Shown here piece by piece: positions 55,205-64,000 of a stretch of DNA of 64,000 nt. The notes beneath the pieces are model-generated. The model was given only the letters and a program-made list of their open reading frames with translations. It had not been told where the DNA came from and did not search any database. How positions within the stretch are numbered: position 1 is the stretch's first letter; each line of letters begins with the position of its first letter. Origin of the DNA: Candidatus Aminicenantes bacterium (GTDB taxonomy: Bacteria; Acidobacteriota; Aminicenantia; Aminicenantales; UBA8522); the NCBI GenBank assembly GCA_037444845.1, contig JBBILQ010000001.1, forward strand, positions 25,494 to 89,493, written 5' to 3'. Both the position numbers and the translations under genes were made by a program.

Positions 55205-56273
55205 GCTGGCTATCCTTTCTTTTGAAAAGGTAAGCCGAGTCCCGCAGTTTTTTATCGCTTCCGTCGTGGACAGCGAACCGCGACCCGCTCCACATGCTGG
55301 CTGAGCCGTACTGCCCTTTTTTATTGATGGCATAAAAGCTTAGCCCGAACCGTGGCCGGCCTTCGCTGTCAACGAGATGAGGCTGGAGTTTCGTTTTTTC
55401 GGCAATCTTTTGAAGCGCCTTGAGGCAGGCTTCTTCGGGAGAAGACCCCAGTCCCATGAAATTGACCACCATGTGGCTTCCGCAGGTGAGGATGTTGGCC
55501 TCTCCCCTCCCCGTTGACCCTGCTGCTCCGATGTCGTTATCCACATAAAGGCCAGCGCCAATAATGGGTGAATCGCCGACGCGGCCGGGGATTTTAAAGG
55601 CCAGGCCGGAGGTCGTGGTTACGCCCGCCAAGTTGGTTGCTCCATCGATGGCGATGCAGTTGATCGTGCCGTAGGAAGAGATGTAAGGCCGAAGCTCTTC
55701 GCCCAGCTTGTCCATTTTCGGGGGGAACCAGTTATCCCTCTCGGAAAGTGTTTCTTTCCAGCGAAGCCAGATTTGTCTGGCTTTGTCGGTGAGGAGATTT
55801 TCTTCTTTAAAGCCATGAGATAGTGCAAATTTTAACGCGCCTTCACCCGCGAGGAGCGCATGGTCGGTCCTTTCCATGACCAGTTTAGCCACCTTCGAGG
55901 GTGTTTTGATATTCCTCAGGCTGGCTACGGCGCCAGCATTATGGGTCGGGCCGTGCATTACCGAAGCGTCGAGCTCAACCGTACCCTCCTCGTTGGGCAG
56001 GCCTCCGTAACCTACGGACATGTCTTCGGGGTCTTCTTCGACAAGGTTGACACCGGCGATGACCGCATCGAGCGGATCACGACCGCTGCGGATCATCTCC
56101 AACGCTTTTTCTACAGCCTCGAGGCCGTTGCTGCTGGCTACAACACAGGGCCCTGCCCTAAGAGATCCGCCACTCTGGGTGCTGGAGAGGAGATCTTTTG
56201 TTCCCGCCAGGAAAGATGCCGCGCTCAGACTCACCCCTGTTTTCAAAAATCTTCTCCTTGTTACTCTGTGCAT
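55185..56273 (-). CDS. Periplasmic Ntn-hydrolase asparaginase-2 family enzyme (isoaspartyl peptidase / glycosylasparaginase-like), Tat-secreted
   Basis: Tat motif RRRFLKTG; autoproteolytic site GTINCIAID (Thr nucleophile) and GAGLYVDNDIGAAGSTGRGE motifs. Confidence 0.8.
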   Translation of the reverse strand: MHRVTRRRFLKTGVSLSAASFLAGTKDLLSSTQSGGSLRAGPCVVASSNGLEAVEKALEMIRSGRDPLDAVIAGVNLVEEDPEDMSVGYGGLPNEEGTVELDASVMHGPTHNAGAVASLRNIKTPSKVAKLVMERTDHALLAGEGALKFALSHGFKEENLLTDKARQIWLRWKETLSERDNWFPPKMDKLGEELRPYISSYGTINCIAIDGATNLAGVTTTSGLAFKIPGRVGDSPIIGAGLYVDNDIGAAGSTGRGEANILTCGSHMVVNFMGLGSSPEEACLKALQKIAEKTKLQPHLVDSEGRPRFGLSFYAINKKGQYGSASMWSGSRFAVHDGSDKKLRDSAYLFKRKDSQPTRLRR

Positions 56274-56386
56274 CACGTCGCCTCCTCGCAAAATCTTATG
56301 GGCATTACATTACTCAACTTTATCTCAACATGCAATATCAGGCGGGAGTTTGACAAGCCCAGACCTTTAAGTTAAAAGGGTCTCCC

Positions 56387-57559
56387 GTGACCAAAGAAAG
56401 ACAAATCCTCATCTCCGCCTCTCTCTTCCATGCCCTCAACGATGCGGCTACTGTAGCCGTGCCGATGATCTTTCCCCTCCTCTACAGCCAACAGTTTATC
56501 ATCCGCAGCTATTCTCAAATCGGGGTTCTGTCGAACCTCGGCCTGCTGACGACCTTTTTTTTTCAAATCCTCGTCGTCCAGGCGTCCCGAAGGCTCGGGT
56601 ACAAATCCTTTCTCTGCCTGAGTTTTATCGGCATCTCTCTCACCTTGCTCCTGATCTCTTGGGCGGCAGGGTTTGCGGCACTCCTTTTTCTTTACCTGCT
56701 TTTTCGCGCTTTTGATAGCTTCTATCACACGCTCGGCCTGGCCTGGGTCTCTCGGTCTCATCCCAGCCAGGGCATCGACCTGGCCATGGGAGTTCAGAGC
56801 GGGTCGGGCAACTTCGGCGTCTTTTTGGCTTTCATTTCCACGGGCTACCTGGCCCAGAGATTCGGCTGGCAGGTTCCGCTTCAATCCTGGTCGGCAGCTT
56901 GCCTCCTGCTCGGCCTGATGAGTTTCTTTCTTATCCGGAAAATCTCGTTTGCCTCCGATGACCTTGATTCCCTGGACTGGGCATCGTGGCGCCAGACCGT
57001 GGGCCGGGTCCGGGTCTATCTGGCCGGGTTCGTCTTCGGAGGAGCGTGTTGGGGCATAACCGTCTATTTCGCGCCGTCGCTCCTGCACCACAAGTTCCAT
57101 ATCTCTATGGGTAAGACCGGTGTTTTCATGGCCTTCTGGATTGGCCTTGGAACGCTCATGACCTATCTTTTCGGCTCGTTGAGCCGCAAGCTCGGCAGGT
57201 CCAGGGTTTATGAGATGGGGATCGTGGGCGCTTCTTTTTCCCTCCTCATTCTCGGCCTCGCGCCAAAACCAGCGCTGGCCGCGTTCGGGCTGCTTTCGCT
57301 CGGGACGTTCCTCTTCCTCATCTACCCAGCTCTGCAGTCCTACGTGGGGAATGCCGTGCCCGCCTCAAACCAGGCGCAGGCCTTCAGCATCGTTTCGAAC
57401 ATCCAGATGATCTCGGGCGCGGCCGCTTCCCTTGTTGCCGGCTTCCTGTCAGACCGGTTCGGGATCAGCTCGCCCTTCCTCTTGATGGGCTGTCTGGGCG
57501 CAGCCGCGGCGCTCTTCTCTGCCCTGCCCCGCTTGTCCGCAGCTAAATTCAAAACTTAG
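56387..57559 (+). CDS. MFS transporter
   Basis: 390 aa, 12 predicted TM helices in 6+6 arrangement. Confidence 0.75.
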   Translation: MTKERQILISASLFHALNDAATVAVPMIFPLLYSQQFIIRSYSQIGVLSNLGLLTTFFFQILVVQASRRLGYKSFLCLSFIGISLTLLLISWAAGFAALLFLYLLFRAFDSFYHTLGLAWVSRSHPSQGIDLAMGVQSGSGNFGVFLAFISTGYLAQRFGWQVPLQSWSAACLLLGLMSFFLIRKISFASDDLDSLDWASWRQTVGRVRVYLAGFVFGGACWGITVYFAPSLLHHKFHISMGKTGVFMAFWIGLGTLMTYLFGSLSRKLGRSRVYEMGIVGASFSLLILGLAPKPALAAFGLLSLGTFLFLIYPALQSYVGNAVPASNQAQAFSIVSNIQMISGAAASLVAGFLSDRFGISSPFLLMGCLGAAAALFSALPRLSAAKFKT

Positions 57560-57607
57560 CAAACAATGGCCTAATAATGCCAAAAGCAAGAAAGAAAGGA
57601 GATTGCC

Positions 57608-59263
57608 ATGCTTAAAGACAAAATACTGAGAAGGGATTTCTTGACGGCGATGCTAGCCGGGATTCCCGCTCTATCTCTTGACTGGGACTCGTTTCCCACG
57701 GGCCGACAACCCGGGTCAGCCAAAGACCAATGGGATGCTATCATCATCGGTGCTGGCCTTGGCGGGCTAAGCTGCGCCGCTGGGTTTGCCCGTCAGGGAT
57801 TCAAGCCGCTTGTCCTGGAGCAGCATTCCATCCCCGGCGGATATGCGACAACATTCAAACGTCCCGGCGGGTTTGAGTTTGATGTTTCATTGCACTCGAC
57901 CACCGTGAATGAGCGCAACGGTTTCCGCAACCTTATTCCTGGTTTTCCCGAGATCAAAGACATTGAATTTGTGCCGCATAAAGGCCTTTATCGAGCCATT
58001 TTCCCGGATTACGATATCAGAGTGCCGCAAAAAGATATCGCCGGCTACATCAAAATCCTGACCGGATACTTTCCTGAAGAAAAAGACGGCACTCAAAGGC
58101 TCTTCCAGGCAATGGAAGGCCTGGCTGCCGACCTCAACAAGTATTCGGGAATGGGTGGCAAGGTGGATATGTCCGCTTTTCCGCGCGATTTTCCTTATCT
58201 TTTCAAGAGCATAACCAGCACGTGGGGACAATTCCAGGATGCCTATATCAAAGATTCCAAGCTCAAAGCTGTCATCTCCTCGCTCTGGGGATATTTTGGG
58301 CTTCCGCCTTCCAGGCTCGCCAGTATCTATTATGCCCTTCCCCTTGCAGCCTATCTCGCCGAAGGCGGGTATTACCCGATCGGCAAATCTCAAAAGATCA
58401 GCAACACTCTTGCCAGGTTCATCGAGGAGCGGGGCGGAAAAGTTGTGCTTAAGGCTCGTGTGGAAAAGATCCTCGTCAAAGACCGTGCCGCTTATGGAGT
58501 CAAAACGGCTGACGGGACAGAATTTACAGGGAGAGTCATTGTCTCCAACGCCAACGCCTACGACACTTTCCATAAGATGATAGACAAGAAAGAATTCCTC
58601 AAGGATTATCTGGCCAGGATGGATCGCTTCAGCGTCAGTCTTTCCTCTTTTCAGATCTTCCTGGGATTGAAGAAGGACCTGATCGGGGAGTTGGGAATTG
58701 CTGATACTGAGATCTTCTATGAGCCGGGCTATGATCATGAGGCAGGCTACGAGGCTGCCCTCAAGGCAGACGTTGAAAACAGCGGTTTCGGCCTGACTCT
58801 TTACGATAACCTCTATCCCGGGTATTCTCCAGAAGGAAAGAACACACTGAACATCATCGTCCTTCAAGGATATGAGTCCTGGAAAAAATACGAGGCCGAC
58901 TATTTTGCTGGCCAAAAAGACATGTACCGGGCAGAGAAAGAACGGCTGGCGAGTGTCCTGATCAGGAAAGTCGAAGATATGCTCCTGCCCGGACTGGCAA
59001 AGGCCATTGAAGTGAAGGAAATCGGGACGCCTTTAACCAACGTCCGCTACACAAGCAACTACCGCGGAGCGATTTATGGCTGGGACCAGACCCTGGATAA
59101 TTCCATGCCGAGACGGCTCCCTCACAAGACCCCAGTCAAAAACCTTTATCTTGCCGGAGCCTGGACCCAACCTGGCCATGGCTATGGCGCCGTCATCCCC
59201 AGCGGCCTGGAGTGCTTCGGCGAGATAATGAGGGAGTGGCATCGGGACGACGCCAAAGAATGA
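57608..59263 (+). CDS. Tat-secreted FAD/NAD(P)-dependent oxidoreductase (phytoene desaturase/CrtI-like amine oxidase superfamily)
   Basis: Tat motif RRDFLT; dinucleotide-binding GxGxxG (IIGAGLGGL...LEQH..PGG) immediately after signal. Confidence 0.75.
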   Translation: MLKDKILRRDFLTAMLAGIPALSLDWDSFPTGRQPGSAKDQWDAIIIGAGLGGLSCAAGFARQGFKPLVLEQHSIPGGYATTFKRPGGFEFDVSLHSTTVNERNGFRNLIPGFPEIKDIEFVPHKGLYRAIFPDYDIRVPQKDIAGYIKILTGYFPEEKDGTQRLFQAMEGLAADLNKYSGMGGKVDMSAFPRDFPYLFKSITSTWGQFQDAYIKDSKLKAVISSLWGYFGLPPSRLASIYYALPLAAYLAEGGYYPIGKSQKISNTLARFIEERGGKVVLKARVEKILVKDRAAYGVKTADGTEFTGRVIVSNANAYDTFHKMIDKKEFLKDYLARMDRFSVSLSSFQIFLGLKKDLIGELGIADTEIFYEPGYDHEAGYEAALKADVENSGFGLTLYDNLYPGYSPEGKNTLNIIVLQGYESWKKYEADYFAGQKDMYRAEKERLASVLIRKVEDMLLPGLAKAIEVKEIGTPLTNVRYTSNYRGAIYGWDQTLDNSMPRRLPHKTPVKNLYLAGAWTQPGHGYGAVIPSGLECFGEIMREWHRDDAKE

Positions 59264-59269
59264 TGACTT

Positions 59270-59614
59270 TTATGGGTTCGCGATTTTTTCTTTTTTAGCG
59301 AACTCGAGATTTCTCACGCGGCTGGTATCCAGAAGAAAGCTGGCTACCTTTCCCGCCGCGTCGCGCTTGAACGTGAGATTCCAGATGCCCAGGACAAATC
59401 TGTCTTCAAGTGTGGGTTGCAGGGCTCCCGGAGGGGCGTTTCTATGGACGAAGCAGAGCTTCCCTTCTCTTAAATCAAGTCTGAAGGTTACGCCGAGTTC
59501 GTCGCTGGTGTAATCGCCTTCGTATTCTCTTGGTATTTTAGGGAAGCGCGAATACTGATCTGTTCTCAGGATTGCTTGAGCTTGAGGACGCGTCCAGGAA
59601 GCTGGCCGTTCCAC
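59270..59614 (-). CDS. Hypothetical protein (overlaps 3' end of upstream amidohydrolase gene by 49 nt)
   Basis: 114-aa ORF, no recognisable motifs; low confidence that it is expressed. Confidence 0.3.
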   Translation of the reverse strand: MERPASWTRPQAQAILRTDQYSRFPKIPREYEGDYTSDELGVTFRLDLREGKLCFVHRNAPPGALQPTLEDRFVLGIWNLTFKRDAAGKVASFLLDTSRVRNLEFAKKEKIANP

Positions 59615-61395
59615 CGCCCTTTCTCTATTACGATCTTTCCATTGACGAGAAGATACTCCACGCCCCGGCTGTGTTGATGTGGGTTGGAGATTGACGTTGG
59701 GGTCTTGATGTTGTTGAGGTCGAGGACAACGATGTCGGCCTTATAGCCTTCTCTGATCCATCCGCGATCGCTCCAGTTCATGATAGCGGCCGGCAGGGAC
59801 GTCTGGGAGCGGATGACGTGGGCAAGCGGGACGGCCTTCCGTTCGAGGGCGTATTTCTTGATTTTGTGGAGGAAAGTCGAATAGGACCGGATGTGGAGCA
59901 GGCCGATTCCATAGAAGGGCGCTGTGCCGTCGCTTCCCGTCCCGACGTAATCTTTCTTCATGATGCGCTCAATGTCTTCCTCGCTCATCTGGAGCGGGAT
60001 GCATTTGGCGCCCATGAGGTCGAGCTCGATGGCTGCGTCCTCGATGCTCTTTCCTTTGATCGCCGCCACCTCGGCCAGGGTTTTCCCTTCGAGGTTTTTC
60101 TCGACCGCAATCCCGACGACGATGTTTTCTGCGCCGACAGATTCCTCGATGCTCTGGCGGACCAGGCGTCGGATCCTCTCAACCTCAGCAGGGTCGCGAA
60201 GCCGGTCGATGAAGAAGCCTCTTTCCCGGGCGCTTTCAGGCCCCCGGAACGAATCCAGGTCAACAAGGCTTCGCGCCACAAGGCTAATCAGGCGCTGCCG
60301 CGGCAGGTCGGCCAGAAATCGCTCATGGCTGGGCGAGAGCGGGAAGAACGGCGTCATCTTTTTGTAAAGGTCGAGGAGCTCGGCGTCGCGGAGATAGCCG
60401 AGGATATTCGTCACGTCCTCTGCCCTCAGCCCCTGGGCTGCTTTCTCTCCCAGCCAGGCCTCTCGCGGGATGAGCGGCCGGTACGGATAGCCGCTGGGAA
60501 ACCTGTAGGGGTACTGGTCAGCCGTGATCGTTAACCCTCTGGCTTGAGCGTCTTCGATGAGCTGGCAGGCTTCTTTGGACAGGCCCCAGTTGGATTTGCC
60601 GAGCACTTTGAAATGCGAGATGTGGGCCCGCACTCCCGTCTTTTCCGAGATCTCCACTGTTTCCCTGATCGCTTCGAGCAGCTTCTCCCTCTCGTCCCGC
60701 ATATGGGTATGGTAGATTCCCTTATAAGGAGCAACGACTTTGACGAGCTCGATGACTTCATCGGTCTTGGCAAATGAGCCAGGGACATAAATCAACCCGG
60801 TTGAGATTCCGTTTGCTCCTTGCTCCATGGCCTCTTTGACCAGCGCTTTCATTTGATCAAGCTCGGAAGCTGTCGGCTCGCGGTTGTCCATACCCATGAC
60901 GATCTGCCGAACCTGGCCGTGGCCGACGAGAAGCGCGGCGTTCGGCCCGATTCCTTCGTCTGTCCATGTTTTGATAAGGTCATCAGCTTTCTCGAAAATC
61001 GGCCAGGCGCTGCCCCCGCATTGGCCGACGACGACTGTGGTGACACCCTGGAGGAGGTAGTTAAGACATGACCGGTTCTCCCGAAAATACATGCCCTCAT
61101 CCACATGGGTGTGGAGGTCAATGAAACCGGACGTCACATGACGACCGCGGGCATCGATGATTGCGGCAGCGCGGCCCTTGATTGACGGAGCCACTTTGAC
61201 GATGGTGTCCCCTTTGATTGCGACCTCCGTGGCCTTTGCCGGCCCGCCGGAGCCGTCGAAGACCAGCCCGTTCTTGATCAAGAGGTCATAATCAGGCGAG
61301 CCCGCCTGCTGTTGTCCCCGCGGAGCGGATCCGCCAGTTAGGAAAAAAGCTATGGCCGACGCCAGGATCATCCCCAAGAATGTCCTTTTTTTCAT
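59566..61395 (-). CDS. Secreted N-acyl-D-amino-acid deacylase (D-aminoacylase)-family amidohydrolase
   Basis: Signal peptide; metal-binding GFIDLHTHVD (HxH) and downstream His/Asp motifs of amidohydrolase superfamily; 609 aa. Confidence 0.8.
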   Translation of the reverse strand: MKKRTFLGMILASAIAFFLTGGSAPRGQQQAGSPDYDLLIKNGLVFDGSGGPAKATEVAIKGDTIVKVAPSIKGRAAAIIDARGRHVTSGFIDLHTHVDEGMYFRENRSCLNYLLQGVTTVVVGQCGGSAWPIFEKADDLIKTWTDEGIGPNAALLVGHGQVRQIVMGMDNREPTASELDQMKALVKEAMEQGANGISTGLIYVPGSFAKTDEVIELVKVVAPYKGIYHTHMRDEREKLLEAIRETVEISEKTGVRAHISHFKVLGKSNWGLSKEACQLIEDAQARGLTITADQYPYRFPSGYPYRPLIPREAWLGEKAAQGLRAEDVTNILGYLRDAELLDLYKKMTPFFPLSPSHERFLADLPRQRLISLVARSLVDLDSFRGPESARERGFFIDRLRDPAEVERIRRLVRQSIEESVGAENIVVGIAVEKNLEGKTLAEVAAIKGKSIEDAAIELDLMGAKCIPLQMSEEDIERIMKKDYVGTGSDGTAPFYGIGLLHIRSYSTFLHKIKKYALERKAVPLAHVIRSQTSLPAAIMNWSDRGWIREGYKADIVVLDLNNIKTPTSISNPHQHSRGVEYLLVNGKIVIEKGRWNGQLPGRVLKLKQS

Positions 61396-61456
61396 CTCAC
61401 TCTCTCCTTTGTTTTTTTAGTTGGCAGCATTCTTTATTTCTACAGATCGGCGCCGC

Positions 61457-62758
61457 TTATTTTTTCTCTTTGTTTCTCGGTTTGTATTTTTCCAGGAGCT
61501 CGGTGTAGATGCTGGATAGGTCAACTTCCTGGCCGTCTATAAAAACTCGGCTGATCGTGGTCCGGAGCTCGAGGATGTCGCCGTTGGCCAGGACGATGTT
61601 GGCGAGCTTCCCTTTCTCCAGGCTTCCCATGATGTCGGCGACTCCTAATATCTCTGCCGGGTTGATGGTCACAGCCCTGAGCGCCTCGCGCTTATCGAGG
61701 CCGAAAGCTGCCGCCTTTGCGGCATGATAGGGAAGGTCTTTGGCCAGGCTGGCGCTCTGGGAGGAAAAGGCGATCTTTACTCCTGCCTTCTGGAGCGCTG
61801 CCGGGTTTCGGTAGAGGGCGTCGTATCCATCTTCCCAGCTCGGCGGCATGTCGTAGAGAGAGCCGATAACTGCGGGAATTCCGGCCTCGGCAATTTCCTC
61901 TGCAACTTTCCATCCCTGAGTCACGCCAAAGAAGATGGCTTTTATTTTTTCTTCCTGGACAAACTTGATGGCCGCCCGGATATCCTTATCCGCGTAAACC
62001 GAGATCATCAGGGGCAACTCACCGTCGACCACCGGCAGGAGGAAATCGAGTTTTTCATCAAACTCCGGCATAGGAAGGAGCAGGTTCTTTGCTGCTGTCT
62101 CCCTCCTCTTCTGATAAAACCGGGCCTTGTTCAGCCAGTCTTTGAGCTCGATCACTTGCTTGGAAGCTTCTTCCTGGGGCGCCTGTTCTCGCTGGAAGCC
62201 ACGCCTGCTGATTGACGGAAATTCCACGTGCATGGCCACAGGGCTCTTGATGACCATCTCACCCGGGGTCCAGCCGGTGAGCCTGATGAGCCCGCTCTGG
62301 CCAGCGATAAGCCCGCCCGAAGGAACGACCAGAGCGGCCGTGATGCCGTTGGATCTGGTAATCGGGATGTGCATCGAATCAGGCCTCAGGGCTTCCGTCG
62401 ACCTGAGCTGCGGGTTGATTCTTCCTGTTTCCCGGTGGTCGATCGTCGCCGGGATGGAGCTGATTTCAGAAAGACCGAGAAAGCAGTAACTGTCGATCAT
62501 CCCAGGATAGGCGTAAAACCCGGCACCGTCCACGATCCTGGCGCCGACCGGGATCACGATGTCCTTACCGATGGCTTCAATAAATTTATCCTTAATGAGG
62601 ATGGTCCCGGCGGGAATATCGTCCCCGACCACGGGGACAATGTGGACGTTTTTGACAGCCGTGTACGGTTTGGTCTCATTCTGGCCGAAGACGAGCGAAG
62701 CCACAATGAAGAGGATTGAAAAGAGTATCAGGATGTGTTTTTTCATGTTTGACCTCAC
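61457..62758 (-). CDS. Secreted amidohydrolase-fold protein with degenerate active site (likely non-catalytic paralog)
   Basis: Signal peptide; where paralog has PGIIDSHSH this protein has PGMIDSYCF (HxH lost) and FSSQS instead of NSDS (catalytic Asp lost); 4-nt overlap with upstream intact paralog. Confidence 0.7.
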   Translation of the reverse strand: MRSNMKKHILILFSILFIVASLVFGQNETKPYTAVKNVHIVPVVGDDIPAGTILIKDKFIEAIGKDIVIPVGARIVDGAGFYAYPGMIDSYCFLGLSEISSIPATIDHRETGRINPQLRSTEALRPDSMHIPITRSNGITAALVVPSGGLIAGQSGLIRLTGWTPGEMVIKSPVAMHVEFPSISRRGFQREQAPQEEASKQVIELKDWLNKARFYQKRRETAAKNLLLPMPEFDEKLDFLLPVVDGELPLMISVYADKDIRAAIKFVQEEKIKAIFFGVTQGWKVAEEIAEAGIPAVIGSLYDMPPSWEDGYDALYRNPAALQKAGVKIAFSSQSASLAKDLPYHAAKAAAFGLDKREALRAVTINPAEILGVADIMGSLEKGKLANIVLANGDILELRTTISRVFIDGQEVDLSSIYTELLEKYKPRNKEKK

Positions 62759-64000
62759 CCCTTTTTCGGTTCCTTTTTTTGCTTGGCCGCTTCTTCCCGC
62801 TCGCTGAGATACTGGCTCCGGTCGAAATAAACCTCTCCCTCGATGATCGTCATTTCGCAGCGGGTGTAGGCGCTCAGAGGATGTTCGTTGAAGATGGCCA
62901 CGTCGCCGTGCTTGCCCGCTTCGAGGCTGCCGGCGATTTTCTCAACGCCGAGCTGGATGGCCGGGTTGAGCGTGACGAGTTTGAGCGCTTCTTCTTCGGG
63001 AAGGCCTCCGTACTTGATGGCCTTTGCAGCGTCGTTGAAGAGCCGGCGAATCCGCTCGGCGCTATCGGAGTTGATGGAGACGAGAATTCCGTTCTGGGCG
63101 CAATAGGCGGCCATCGGCGCGATGCCTTCTGCCGCCTCGACTTTGTAAGCCCAGTTGTCGAGGAAGATAGAAATGCCGATGCCTTCCCCGGCGAGCTCGG
63201 GCACGATCTTGTAGGCCTCGGGAATGTGTTCGAAACAGGCAATCTTGAAGCCGAATTCCTTGGACAGGTTGATGAACTCCAGGGTCTCGTCGGCCCTGTA
63301 AGAGTGGCAACGGGCGACGAGGTTCCCACGCAACAGCTCAGCCAGAGTATCGAGCCTCAGGTCTCGCCGCGGGGGCAGCAGCGTTTTCGGAGGACTCTTG
63401 GATTTGCTGACCTCGTTGTACCGATCCCATTGGCTCATGTATGTCCTGGCTCTGAGGAGTTCTCTCCGGATGATGGCGTTGACGCCCATCCGGGAGACTG
63501 GATAACGCGGCGGGCCGGTTGCGCCTATCCGGTTGGCCTGCTTGGGATTTTCTCCAAGGGCAAACTTGAGGGCTTTGTAAGCCTGGGGAACGACGAGCTC
63601 ATCGGACGGACGGCCTCTTTTTAGCTTCAAAGTCACGTTCCGGCCGCCGATCGGGTTCGCTGAGCCGTGCATCGTGTGGACCATGGTCACGCCGCCGCTC
63701 AAAGCGGTAAAAATGGACAGGTCCTCGGCGTCAATGACGTCGGCCATGTCAACCTCAGCGGTGATGACGTCGCCGGTTTCGTTCGTTCCTGAGAGCGCAA
63801 TGTGCGAATGCGAATCGATGATCCCGGGCAGGACAAACTTTCCGGAAGCGTCGATGACCTGAACTCCAGGAGGAGCTTGGATATTTTCCCCGATCTGCTT
63901 GATGATTCCTCCCATGATCAGGATGTCACCCCTGGGGATGACGCCCTTTGTTACGGTCAGGATTGTCCCGTTTTTGACCAGCAGGCTCCCGCCCGGCCAG
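62755..64000 (-). CDS. Amidohydrolase-family enzyme with intact metal-binding motifs (N-terminus lies beyond window end)
   Basis: PGIIDSHSHIA (HxH), later His and NSDS Asp motif; frame stays open upstream of the internal Met at 63915 through position 64000 (..LLVKNGTILTV..GDILIMGG). Confidence 0.75.
   Translation of the reverse strand, partial: WPGGSLLVKNGTILTVTKGVIPRGDILIMGGIIKQIGENIQAPPGVQVIDASGKFVLPGIIDSHSHIALSGTNETGDVITAEVDMADVIDAEDLSIFTALSGGVTMVHTMHGSANPIGGRNVTLKLKRGRPSDELVVPQAYKALKFALGENPKQANRIGATGPPRYPVSRMGVNAIIRRELLRARTYMSQWDRYNEVSKSKSPPKTLLPPRRDLRLDTLAELLRGNLVARCHSYRADETLEFINLSKEFGFKIACFEHIPEAYKIVPELAGEGIGISIFLDNWAYKVEAAEGIAPMAAYCAQNGILVSINSDSAERIRRLFNDAAKAIKYGGLPEEEALKLVTLNPAIQLGVEKIAGSLEAGKHGDVAIFNEHPLSAYTRCEMTIIEGEVYFDRSQYLSEREEAAKQKKEPKKG

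Noticed and set aside
59270-59614. Considered whether the 114-aa ORF is a frameshifted C-terminal extension of the D-aminoacylase gene
   Set aside because: The 609-aa D-aminoacylase already ends with the family-typical ...GRVLKL C-terminus and is, if anything, long; kept as a separate low-confidence hypothetical.
1-64000. Looked for tRNA, rRNA, tmRNA and CRISPR arrays
   Set aside because: No cloverleaf-type conserved tRNA motifs, rRNA-like conserved stretches or short regularly spaced repeats were noticed by eye; absence cannot be proven without tRNAscan/Infernal.

Overview
This 64 kb window looks like a bacterial chromosomal segment of moderately high GC from an uncultured-type lineage. No rRNA, tRNA or CRISPR array was seen. 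It is densely coding and mixes housekeeping genes with several accessory-looking modules.

Housekeeping genes:
- clpX (3' end), lon, rho
- parA–parB
- glgA, glgC
- purO, and a formyltransferase-domain-only purH

Accessory-looking modules:
- A 154-bp miniature inverted-repeat element present as two 100% identical copies. One sits between the convergent rho and parB genes. The other splits a secreted HExxH zinc-metallopeptidase gene; removing the element and one copy of its 3-bp flanking repeat restores one continuous reading frame.
- A non-pyrrolysine MttB-family methyltransferase next to its corrinoid protein and a RACo-type reductive activase.
- Two tandem, AT-richer GT-C-type membrane glycosyltransferase-like paralogs, then a large BNR/Asp-box propeller protein and two M14 carboxypeptidase paralogs. 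One M14 paralog has an ExxH motif where HxxE is expected.
- A seven-gene minus-strand alpha-glucan operon (three GH57 paralogs, glgC, a GAF histidine kinase, a single-domain response regulator, a GalT-like gene) convergent with glgA.
- A trio of periplasmic amidohydrolases. One has a degenerate metal-binding site and is translationally coupled to an intact paralog.

All calls rest on reading the supplied translations and nucleotides by eye. No database search or numeric computation was possible.
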